Below the pieces are notes generated by a model that saw nothing but the letters and a program-made list of their open reading frames with translations, was not told the DNA's origin and searched no databases. This document shows positions 40,867 to 51,678 of a DNA stretch of 64,000 nt, piece by piece. The position numbers and the translations under genes were made by a program. The DNA is from Octopus vulgaris (taxonomy: Eukaryota): positions 123,938,001 through 124,002,000 of the forward strand of contig OX597820.1 in NCBI GenBank assembly GCA_951406725.2. The letters run 5' to 3'. Position 1 is the first letter of the stretch. Each line of letters begins with the position of its first letter.

Positions 40867-43010
40867 TTCAAAATAAATCATTAACATCAGCGATAAACTG
40901 AAACGAGCAGAGATATATTTTGCCAGCAACGATAAATAAAGAAAAATAGGTGCATGGAAGATAATCGTAGACATTAAGGATGTAAATAATAAACGATTGA
41001 TGATAAATAGAAACATCTGAGACTTTTCAGAAATTCAAGAGTAGAATATCTGAGAATGAAACATAAATAATTTACTTTAGAGAGTCAAGGCTATTGAAAA
41101 GGTTGCAACACGCAACAAAAATTTTAGAACATAAAAATAAGAATTAAGTGGAAATTTTAGCGGTAAGTGTGTTAAATAATAGGGCACACAAAGAAAATGA
41201 CTCTCCCCAGACACAACAGAATATGCTTCAACACACGAACTCACATAAAAAATCTTGCAAACCAAATCCAAAAACGAAAAATAAATTACAGTTCTATAGC
41301 ATTTTATTTGATTGAATAATGGCTTAATTACCGCCAAAGACGTCTTCTGTAAACAAATATTTGTATTTATATTATGTATGTTTCTATATATCACAATTAT
41401 ATTAATACGATCATGGAATTTCATCGTTCCCTTTAATCAGTTCCAGCTGCATTTACCCCACTGATAGTTTCCTCTAATGGTGGCGCGCAGCCATTTATAG
41501 TCCTCGTATATTGTGCTTTTATTGGTTTCCAATTAGCACACTCGTAACGCTATTGAATAGAATGCAATGCTTTGTTTGTTTGCATTCCTGTGTTGTCACA
41601 GTCAAAGGCAGCTGACTGGCGGAATTACACAAGCATCGGATGGGAAAGCTTTCAATGTCTCTTCTCCAGGGTAATACACGTGGAGAAAACTTGCGACATT
41701 ATCTCAGGTAAATTTTGTCATATAACCTTGCTCATATTAATGCTCCGTGATATTTAAATAGACACTCATTAAATTATCTGGAAGCTTTGCCTATATTAAA
41801 CATATTTTCCTGTATTTTCAAGATATGTGCAAATGCTATCTTTCTCTAACAGAAAATATTTTAAAATAAACATTAAGGTGATGAGAAATTACAGGAAAAT
41901 TCTATTTATAATATTCTTGTGATGTAAGAATTCTTTCAAAGTTAATTCAATTCTCCCATACATTTGCCAATAAAATGCTCTAGAACTTTAACTATAAATC
42001 TGTAAGATATTTGTTTTTCATCTTCAAATATCCTTCTCTTGAATTACTTAAATGTCTCAGATGTTTCTATTTATCATCAATCGTTTATGCATTACATCCT
42101 TAATTATCTTCCATGCATCAATTTTTCTTCATTTATCATTGCTAGCAAAACACCTCTCTCTGCTCGTTTCAGTTTATCACCATTCAATAACTGTTCTCTT
42201 TGAATAACTTGCCAGTCTCTACTATTTTGTACTCCTTACACTAATACGCCGTTTAAGAAAAACAACTGTTTATAGGTAGAAAATAAAATTGCCTAAAATA
42301 CTCACAGTGTTTACTCAAAGGCTCAATCTGTCGCTTTACACATGTAATTTCAACCGAAAATCTTTAAAAGATAGTCCGTTACTGCTTAGTATCAGCTCCA
42401 TTATGATATAAGTGATATATTCTTAGTAGTGTCCTGGACATAATCATATAAAATGTTCTGTCTCTACACATTTAGAATTAGATTATATATTATACGCTTT
42501 TTAAGAGTACAGTAACATTTAAATAAAATTTAGCTGTCGAATAATTCCTACAATTTGTAAGAAATCAACAAATGTAAGTAGTCATCTGCGCCCTCTCGTG
42601 GAGAGATTAAGTTTCCGTCTATACTATAATGGTATAGTAATTCAAAATATTTCTGCATTCAAGGTGTGATATGTTATGGCTTCTACTTCCCGATTTCCAT
42701 TTTAGAAAAATTTTTTTTCCAGGGGGTGTTGTTGGGCACAATATAAGCTATCTATCTAATTACACAAAGTAAAGTTCAACTGCCAAATCTATTTCGGTCA
42801 CTGTAAGCTGTTAACGTCACTTGGATAACTATTTTCAATTTTTAAACTATGATTACTAGCTTCTAGCGATAATAATATTTACTATTGAAAATTGTCTTCT
42901 TCACAAAATTTTATGCATATTTATTCTCACACGGTGTAAGAGTGTTTGTTTTAAAGATAAAAGCAAACACGATGGAATAAATATGTATGTATGCATGTAT
43001 GTATGTAGAC

Positions 43011-43073
<63 letters not shown>

Positions 43074-43117
43074 CACATACATACATAAATACATATATAT
43101 ATATATATATATATAAG

Positions 43118-43181
<64 letters not shown>

Positions 43182-43505
43182 AATACATATATAGAAAAAC
43201 ACATTACATACACGAAAGTGATCGTGCTCTTAAGGGGTTTGGCCCGCCAGAATTTGTTCAATGAAATTACACTTTATATTACGCAAGTGACTTTTAACGC
43301 GTTCAATCATCTCTTGAGAATAACATTTCAGAATTGGGTTTAGGTAGAAGCTTGTACATATAAATATATACAAAGAAATAGTTGAGAGTGACTTCAATGT
43401 TTGTGAAATTTAATGAATATGAACGTTTCTAAAAAGCATTGAGTAATTGCTGAGATACATACGCATCTTCACACATACATACACACACACACATTCATGC
43501 ATCTC

Positions 43506-44083
43506 CAGTAATACCTCACTTTACGAGGACCCGTGTTTACGAGCTTTTATTTTCAGCTCACATTTGTATTATGAGCTGAATTTTTTTAGGCGCAAGATCC
43601 AAATTTTGAACGACGTTCAAAATTTTCTGTAACTATACCAAGTGCTTCTGAGTATGACCGAAAAATTGATGGGGAGCGAAAAGAAGCTTCTTCTAAGCAA
43701 ATGACTCTAGATTTGTTTTTTAAAAAGAAATTTAGATGTCTGTCTACGAGGCTTGTGAATTGGAGAACACGTCTACAAGTGATGGTGTGCGCGAGTCTAG
43801 TGCGATTGAAAGTGATTCAGAAAACGATTACAATATTAATATCGCTTATTGTAAATGATCTTGACATTCTTTTTACTTTACGTAACATATTGTTTACATT
43901 CTACTGTTGTTTTATGGACATTTATTTACGAGTATTATAATATTTCATAAGTAAAATACCTTCCTGGGAAGGAATTACGATTTATAACAATACTACCACA
44001 GGAAATTATTGGTCTGCTTTCGGTGTTTTCGTTTTAGGAGCGGTCTCTGGGAATAAATTAACTCGTATATCGAGGCATTATTG
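43506..44083 (+). mobile_element. pogo/Tigger-like deletion derivative
   Basis: TIRs cagtaatacctcactttacgag and ctcgtatatcgaggcattattg|ta; retains C-terminal PIP-box-like QMTLDLFFKK. Confidence 0.8.
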
Positions 44084-44091
44084 TATGTATG

Positions 44092-44142
<51 letters not shown>

Positions 44143-44145
<3 letters not shown>

Positions 44146-44292
44146 GGTCCCGGGTTGAGTCGGGGTTAACCACAGTAAATTAATTTATTTTATAGAAGGA
44201 GCTTCTACAGGACTAGAACTGTTTCATTCCTGATGATTTCTTTTGAATGAAACAGTTCTAGTCCTGTAGAAGCTCCTTCTATAAAATAAATA

Positions 44293-44297
<5 letters not shown>
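44143..44297. mobile_element. Palindromic mini-element in (TA)n; perfect 47-bp arms; loop begins with CTGATGA
   Basis: Arms 44183-44229 and 44245-44291; loop ctgatgatttctttt followed by gaatGAAAcagttcta. Confidence 0.8.
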
Positions 44298-44363
<66 letters not shown>

Positions 44364-44404
44364 TATATAGTTATATATAAATGTATATATATAGTTATAT
44401 ATAA

Positions 44405-44514
<110 letters not shown>

Positions 44515-44620
44515 AGTTAAGCCAAACATGAAAGCACAAAAAAACACAACAACGCGAGGACGTGGAACAAATATAGTATTATTGGACGCTATATAGCATA
44601 ACAGAATATAATATATAAAA

Positions 44621-45090
44621 TTATTACTGTTTGACATTAACATGTGCATTTCACTGAAGGACTTGTTTAAACCCTTGGAGCTTTAATTCTGCTAATGTAA
44701 TGAATTCTCTTCCTACAAAATTTTTACTTAATTATACTACTACTACTACTACTAATAATAATAATAATAATAATTATGACCATTGCATATAGAATTCTTA
44801 TTGCACCCATTACCTCACATAAAGAACCACATTTACATATTCTTAGTAACCTTTTGACAATCTTTGAATACACATACTTGGCAACATTAATAACTGTTTG
44901 ACATTAGGATATGTCTTTCACATTAGAATTTATATAAAACTTTTGATAATTTAATTCCACCAGTATAATTGTCTCCTTCCCAAATATTTACTTAACTAAC
45001 AGTAATATTTTATACAACCATTACACATCGATTTATTGCTTTGCACCCCTTGCCTTACATTAATAACAATTTTATAACCTTTGAACATAT
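44621..45090 (+). repeat. Old tandem duplication of a ~265-bp unit
   Basis: actgtttgacatta, ttacttaa and ttgcaccc anchors recur in order from ~44621 and ~44887. Confidence 0.65.
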
Positions 45091-45209
45091 ATGTTATGTA
45101 TGTATATGAGTGTGTTTATGTGCATGTATGTATATGTATATATGTATAAATATATATATATATATGCATATATATATCTACATATATATCTACATATATA
45201 TATATATAC

Positions 45210-45299
<90 letters not shown>

Positions 45300-45422
45300 A
45301 TATATATGCGTGTGTGCATGCGTTTGTGCGTATTTACTTTATTACTTTGATACAGACATCTGTATATTCCAAAATTATTTTCCATTTATATAATTCTCGC
45401 TCCTAAACAAAATTGAATTATG

Positions 45423-45458
<36 letters not shown>

Positions 45459-45466
45459 CGTGCGTG

Positions 45467-45509
<43 letters not shown>

Positions 45510-45589
45510 GTATGTGTGTGTATTAATATTTGCCTATTTATATAACAGTTAAAAACATCACCATTATTGCATTACGCATGCGAGGAAGT

Positions 45590-45742
45590 GTTTGTTCGAT
45601 TAGGTGCTGCTGGCTTAATTACGTACTACTCAAGTTAGAGAAGGAGTGCGTATTATACACAAGGTTTAGGCATTTCAGAGGTGCAGCCCCCTAAAAGTCC
45701 CCTGCATATCGTACTCGAGGGCGGACTATACTCGAAGATTTA

Positions 45743-45745
<3 letters not shown>
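45590..45745 (+). mobile_element. pogo/Tc2-like terminal fragment
   Basis: gcgtattatacac...gcggactatactcgaagatttacg|ata subterminal repeats. Confidence 0.55.
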
Positions 45746-45786
<41 letters not shown>

Positions 45787-45788
<2 letters not shown>

Positions 45789-46185
45789 AATTAATTAATA
45801 AGGGTGAGAGAATTAGATACTAATTTAATAGTATATTTATTCAACACCAAGTGGCCTAGTGCTTCGAGAAACCTGGATTATTATAATATTTTATAACATA
45901 TTATAATATTTTTACAAAATAAATAAATATAAGAGAGTGGTCACTATATTGCTCACTCTAGCACCAGTTAATCCAAAAGGTTTCAACCACGAAAATACAT
46001 GCTTACCATGAAAGTCAGTACGATTGTTAGCTCACACGGACAGGGCAAATAAAAAATAACAAAAATACAGATTATTTTGGGACAATTGTTTCGCTATTAA
46101 TGAATTAAATGTAATTTTACTTACAAAAAAATCCATTTGTAGCTCGTCAGCCAAGACTATCTGGATGAAATCCACTCAATCACAC

Positions 46186-46190
<5 letters not shown>
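45787..46190 (-). mobile_element. ~400-bp non-coding PLE-type element in (TA)n with intact HHR
   Basis: (TA)n on both sides; terminus aattaataagggt like 50700; HHR at 46068-46163. Confidence 0.8.
46068..46163 (-). ncRNA. Intact minimal type I hammerhead ribozyme
   Basis: UUGG CUGACGA GCUA..UAGC GAAA C AAUU G UC|CCAA; stem I extends CAGAUAGUCUUGG/CCAAAAUAAUCUG; predicted cut between 46081 and 46080. Confidence 0.88.
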
Positions 46191-46243
<53 letters not shown>

Positions 46244-46313
46244 TACATACACACACATATATATACATATGAGCAGACGCACGTACACATGAATAGATGG
46301 GCTCACCTACGCG

Positions 46314-46385
<72 letters not shown>

Positions 46386-46494
46386 TAACAGAAAAGAGTA
46401 ATTTCGATTGTCCCCACGTGTGGGGTTGTAATGTATATAAGAAAATAAGAAAGGAAAATACACACACTTACATGGTTTTAATATAATTTTTAAT

Positions 46495-46529
46495 ATATCG
46501 ACCGGATTCGCTATCGCTATTCATGATAT
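46495..46529 (-). ncRNA. Variant hammerhead with A3-U8 pair (A15.1 mutated)
   Basis: AUAUC AUGAAUA GC GAUA GC GAAU CCGG UC GAUAU; sense to and downstream of the GIY-YIG frame. Confidence 0.6.
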
Positions 46530-47213
46530 TTTGTTTAATTTATTTGAATATATATTTTTTCTTTAGAAGAAATTTGGTCCATGTTGTTTGAGATGAAATT
46601 CACGAGTGAATGTCTTCACAAGTAGACAAATAAAGGGAGGTAATTGGTTGTTATTATTGTTATTGCTCTGAGTAAGGGAGATAACTGTTCGGCTTTCGGT
46701 AATGGGTGAGGATTAAATATGTGTACAGAAAAGGGACAGGTTTTAAAAAAACCTGTTTAGTGGGGGATTTAAGTCCCGTGGTGTAATCGTGAATGGAATA
46801 TGTAAAACTATAAAAGTTGGTTATGCTTGCATATTAAGACGTGTTTTTTTTATTTTTCAATGAAAAAGTTTCTTTATTTAACCGTTCTATTTGAGAGATT
46901 GCGTCTTTGCACTGGTAGAAAGGTAAGTCTCTGAAATTTGGTTTGATGTTACCTGCACATTTTTCTATGCGTTCACTGAGAGGAATTCGTCTGTATTGCG
47001 GGAAACGGATTTGCTCCTTATGTCGAGTGATTCTTTTTCTCAAAATCAAACTCGTTTGTCCAACGTACTGATGACCGCAACAACAATAATAACAACCAAT
47101 TACCTCCCTTTATTTCTCTACTTGTTAAGTCATTTACTCGTAAATTTCATCACAAACAACATGGACCAAATTTCTTCTTAAGGAAAAATATATATTCAAC
47201 TAAATTAAACAAA

Positions 47214-47248
47214 ATACCATGAATAGCGATAGCGAAACCGGTCGATAT
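47214..47248 (+). ncRNA. Variant hammerhead with A3-U8 pair
   Basis: AUACC AUGAAUA GC GAUA GC GAAA CCGG UC GAUAU; one stem I mismatch. Confidence 0.65.
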
Positions 47249-47289
47249 ATTAAAACCATGTAAATGTGCGTATTTTCATTTATTAATTT

Positions 47290-47359
<70 letters not shown>

Positions 47360-47552
47360 TGTATATGTATGCATACGTAAGTACAAGTGTATGTGTGTGT
47401 ATATGCATGCTGAGCTATATATGTATATGTGTGCATATACGTACATATATGTAAATATACCTATATATTTTTAAATATGTGTGCGTGTTGTATGTATTTA
47501 TGTATGTGTTCGTATGTGTGTCTACGTGTGTGTGTGTATGTGTACTGAGATG

Positions 47553-47854
47553 GAGACCCCAACCCGTTACACTGCAGTCTGCTTCGCAACTGACTCGCTT
47601 TGCGCCGAATGATGGCAGCCATCAGTGTGAAAATAATTTCAATACGGAACAAATATTTCGCGAGAAAAATATTTTGCGGAGACATCATTCACTTTATTAT
47701 TATCTACTGTAATAATTTTAAAATGATGACATCAGAATCAATAATATAGGCGATTACAGGACTCCAAAAGGCATTAATTAGCACTATGGTGGCTGCCATG
47801 AATCGCAAAACGAGTCAGAAACAGCGCAGACTTCAGCGTGATGGGTTAGGTCTC
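47553..47854. mobile_element. MITE-like element with ~75-bp imperfect TIRs
   Basis: gagacc..aaccc..gtctgc..ctgactcg..ggcagccatc and ggtggctgcc..cgagtcag..gcagac..gggtt..ggtctc. Confidence 0.7.
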
Positions 47855-47999
47855 TTCATCATGGTAACGCGTGCTGAGGAAGGTGAGGCTATTATGCCAA
47901 TCCAGAAGCCGTTCCGCGTGATTCCAAATACTTGAATGTATGCTGAGAGATCATCTAAGCCCGTTTGCTTTCGGAGGGTGGTTGAAATTTGTGTGTGTG

Positions 48000-48193
48000 T
48001 GTATATATGTGTGTACCGTTGGCGATTTGTTTTTCTTCTGTCTTCCCTTCTCTGGATCTTTCCTTCTCTTATGTTTCCGACAAAGAGCTTCGTTCGAAAC
48101 GTTAAACCTTCCTTCTTTCCTGAGCGTGCAATAATACTATATTTGTTCCACGTCCTCGCGTTGTTGTGTTTTTATGTTCTTTCTTGTTTGGAT

Positions 48194-48197
<4 letters not shown>
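48000..48197 (+). mobile_element. Short PLE-type 3' end abutting (TA)n with decayed HHR (48073-48107); tail also at 44510-44595 (-)
   Basis: GUUU CCGACAAA GAGC UUC GUUC GAAA CG UU AAAC; tail atatttgttccacgtcctcgcgttgttgtg matches the reverse complement of 44545-44575. Confidence 0.6.
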
Positions 48198-48247
<50 letters not shown>

Positions 48248-49157
48248 GGCATAAACAAAAATTGAGATTTGACCCAGTAGAAAAAGTTTACATGAAATGT
48301 TCTAGCAAGTAAGTAACACCTCCAATCAACTTTAGATCTAAATAATCTTTTATTTTATTTTAAAAGCAAATAATAGAAGAAAGTATGAGGAATTTCGTAG
48401 TTTTGGTCTCATGCAACAAAAATTAGTATGAAAAATGTTTTGAGGTAAAACATCATGAAAAAATATAAGTAAGGCAAAAAATTGGATTCAAGTATAATAA
48501 ACTTTTTTATTTTAAATATATTTTAATTAAACTTAAAGGGCAGAGTTCAATTCAAGGAATTTCTTAGTATGCGATGCAATGAAATTTTAAAAGAATAATT
48601 ATGGGCGTTTGTTTCTCAAATTTGAGGGTGATAATATAGTTGTATACTTGTTTCGGAATATAGTTCTAAAAGGGAATTTTGATATATGTCACCAGCATCA
48701 TTTACAAAAATTATGTTCTCACGTAACTTATGTTTATAAATAGATTTATAGACATAAGTTACGTGAGAACTTAGTTTTTGTAAATTTTTATTTTTATTCG
48801 TATTTTTTATTTTCATCTTTATTTTATTTTTTGGTAATTTGTTATTTAAATTATGGCTTGCACAGTAGGGTCCGGCGAACCTATTTACACATACTAATTT
48901 GTTTAAAAAATTAAAATATATTTTTTTTTAGTACTTTTTAGAAAGTAATATAGAGGTCTGATGATTGGGGTTATATTTTAAGAAAGGTTCCAGCAAAACA
49001 CGGTGTTGTTAAGGAACCGGGAAATGAACCTCAAGAAACACGTGTAGCCGAGATATAAGCAGTAAGTAATTAAATTAAAATTTTATTATATGGTTGGATG
49101 AAAGGTCCTACAATCTCTAAATGAAAATATATATTTCTTCATTCAGAGTAATTTGAA

Positions 49158-49301
49158 CCCTTGTTATGCCGGAATTTTTATTCCCTAACAAATAAAATTA
49201 AATATATATATATATGGCATAATATTTTAATATATTAAATTTATACTACTTTAACTACAGTAATGAAATGTTTTCAATTAGACCATTGACGCATGATAGG
49301 G
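49158..49301. mobile_element. Possible piggyBac-type MITE
   Basis: tgaa|ccct..atgc ... gcat..aggg|ttaa. Confidence 0.35.
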
Positions 49302-49924
49302 TTAATATATGATAAATATAATTTACTAAGTTTTTAGGAAATTAGTAATATATCATCGTTCAAATATTTTATAAAATATTTGTTAACTTTTGTTTTTCAT
49401 TTCGTAATGGTTTCAGTTCTAATTATTACACTTCCTGAGCACTTCATTAATATTTTTGATGGATTCTGATATTCATTAAATTAATTTCAGCAAGAAGCGT
49501 TTCAAGCATCAGGGAACCGTAGGCTACAGCAGACTGCGATAGTTAAAATTTACAAAATGGCGATAATTTAACTTTCACTCTTTTCTTGCTGTTATCATAT
49601 CAAACCAGCATTCAGTCACCAATATCAGCAGATCAGAGAGCAAATAAATTAATGGTGGATAGCTGTTGCTGCAAAATTGAAAGTTTTTGAATTTAATTGC
49701 TGCAGAGAGCTTCTATCCACTCGGTCGATCGAGCGTTTTCTAGCTGACAGTCACTGTGGAGCTAAAGCTCATTGATATAAACAGATTTCGGGTTTCTCAT
49801 CAAAATAAGTATTAATGACAGCCTAAGCACAAATATTTGTCATTCATTTCTACTTCTGTCAGCAATACAGAGACGTGTGCACATATACACCTACACATAG
49901 TATGTTCGTATGTATGTAGTATGC

Positions 49925-49996
<72 letters not shown>

Positions 49997-50138
49997 TGCA
50001 TGGCGCGGAATTCCGTTTGATCTTCTAGGCGATAATTAGGATTTGGTGATCTTCTGTGTCTGTTTTCCTTCTGCGTGTGCATTTACATGTTTTTGACTTA
50101 TATATATATATATATATATACATACACACACACCCACA

Positions 50139-50193
<55 letters not shown>

Positions 50194-50413
50194 TACAATA
50201 AAAGTAAACAAAGTTTGCTTTAGAAGCGTTCAGATGTATTGAAAGATGCAGAAATAATTAATTATCAACCGCGGAAAAATGTTAACAGAATACAGGATAA
50301 AATATCCATATTATTACAGAAAATATTTGTCAGCTGGCAGTAATATTGATATTTTATCCTGTTCATGCATTTCTGTTAGCGTTTTCTGCGTTTGATAATT
50401 ATTTCTATATATG

Positions 50414-50462
<49 letters not shown>

Positions 50463-50484
50463 TGTGTGTGTGTGTGTATGTATA

Positions 50485-50650
50485 GTGGTAGAAATGGTAA
50501 GACAACAAAAGAATGAAAGAGAACTCGATATTATGTAAACAGGAATTTATCTGTAAATGTAATATGTGACAATTATTGGGTAGCCATGATACCAATGTGG
50601 ATGCCGAGGTGGAAATCCACGCCGCCATCTCTTCAGTTATCCAGCCATCG
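50485..50650 (-). mobile_element. PLE-type fragment with broken HHR (family of 17760-17897)
   Basis: GAUAA CUGAAGA GAUG..GGCAUC present; GAAA/stem III segment replaced. Confidence 0.55.
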
Positions 50651-50698
<48 letters not shown>

Positions 50699-50942
50699 CT
50701 TAATTAAGGGTAGAAATTGATATTTATCAATTAAGACCAGTGGTCTAGCATATTAAAAAAGAATCCGAAGATTTAAATATTTATATATACCAATTAAGGA
50801 CTGAACACGAAAAGTGGACAGTCAACATGCTAGATATAGACGTCAAATCGCCATTCACCACAAAAGATTATGTTCTCAGATCAAACTCAACACAAAACCA
50901 TAGCAATAAACAAGTGAAAAATATACGAAATAAAATAATTAC

Positions 50943-51007
50943 CCATGTACTAACTTAGTTTCAGCTGTTATTTTCCGCAAGGAAAACTGCAGCCATCATC
51001 AGCATGG
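50943..51007 (-). ncRNA. Type I hammerhead ribozyme, intact core
   Basis: CCAUG CUGAUGA U GGCUG..UUUUCC UUGC GGAAAA..CAGCU GAAA CUAA G UUAG UA|CAUGG. Confidence 0.85.
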
Positions 51008-51447
51008 TCCGTTATAAATGTAATTTGCTGGACTAGATGCAAACACGATACCGAAATATCGCGTGCATGGAGTTCAGCCTATTACATTTGAATATATCTT
51101 TCAAATGCCTTTACTTTGGCGTTGAAACCCGAGAAAACTAGCCTGCAGCTAATAATTAGCAGCAGTTAATTTATCGGTTAGAGAACATATTTATTTATAT
51201 AAAATTAATTAAGGGTAGAAATTGATATTTATCAATTAAGACCAGTGGTCTAGCATATTAAAAAAGAATCCGAAGATTAAAATATTTATATATACCAATT
51301 AAGACTGAACACGAAAAAGTGGACAGTCAACATGCTAGATATAGACGTCAAATCGCCATTCACCACAAAAGATTATGTTCTCAGATCAAACTCAACACAA
51401 AACCATAGCAATAAACAAGTGAAAAATATACGAAATAAAATAATTAC

Positions 51448-51512
51448 CCATGTACTAACTTAGTTTCAGCTGTTATTTTCCGCAAGGAAAACTGCAGCCA
51501 TCATCAGCATGG
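51448..51512 (-). ncRNA. Type I hammerhead ribozyme, second copy
   Basis: Same motif 505 nt from the first. Confidence 0.85.
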
Positions 51513-51678
51513 TCCGTTATAAATGTAATTTGCTGGACTAGATGCAAACACGATACCGAAATATCGCGTGCATGGAGTTCAGCCTATTACATTTGAATAT
51601 ATCTTTCAAATGCCTTTACTTTGGCGCGTTGAAACCCGAGAAAACGAGAAACCCGAGAAACCCGAGAAAACTAGCCTG

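Larger units (their letters stand above)
33909..43018 (+). repeat. Copy 2 of ~9.1 kb direct duplication
   Basis: Starts at the gap edge with ataccattcatttc, identical to 24741. Confidence 0.97.
46453..47280 (-). mobile_element. 5'-truncated PLE (GIY-YIG C-terminus + 3' UTR) with inverted pLTR
   Basis: QYVGQTSLILRKRITRHKEQIRFPQYRRIPLSERIEKC; 46453-46665 inverted vs 47075-47280. Confidence 0.9.
50700..51678 (-). mobile_element. Head-to-tail dimer of a 505-bp non-coding HHR-containing unit (retrozyme-like / tandem pLTR)
   Basis: Units begin ttaattaagggtag at 50700 and 51205 and are near-identical; the 3' end abuts (TA)n. Confidence 0.88.
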
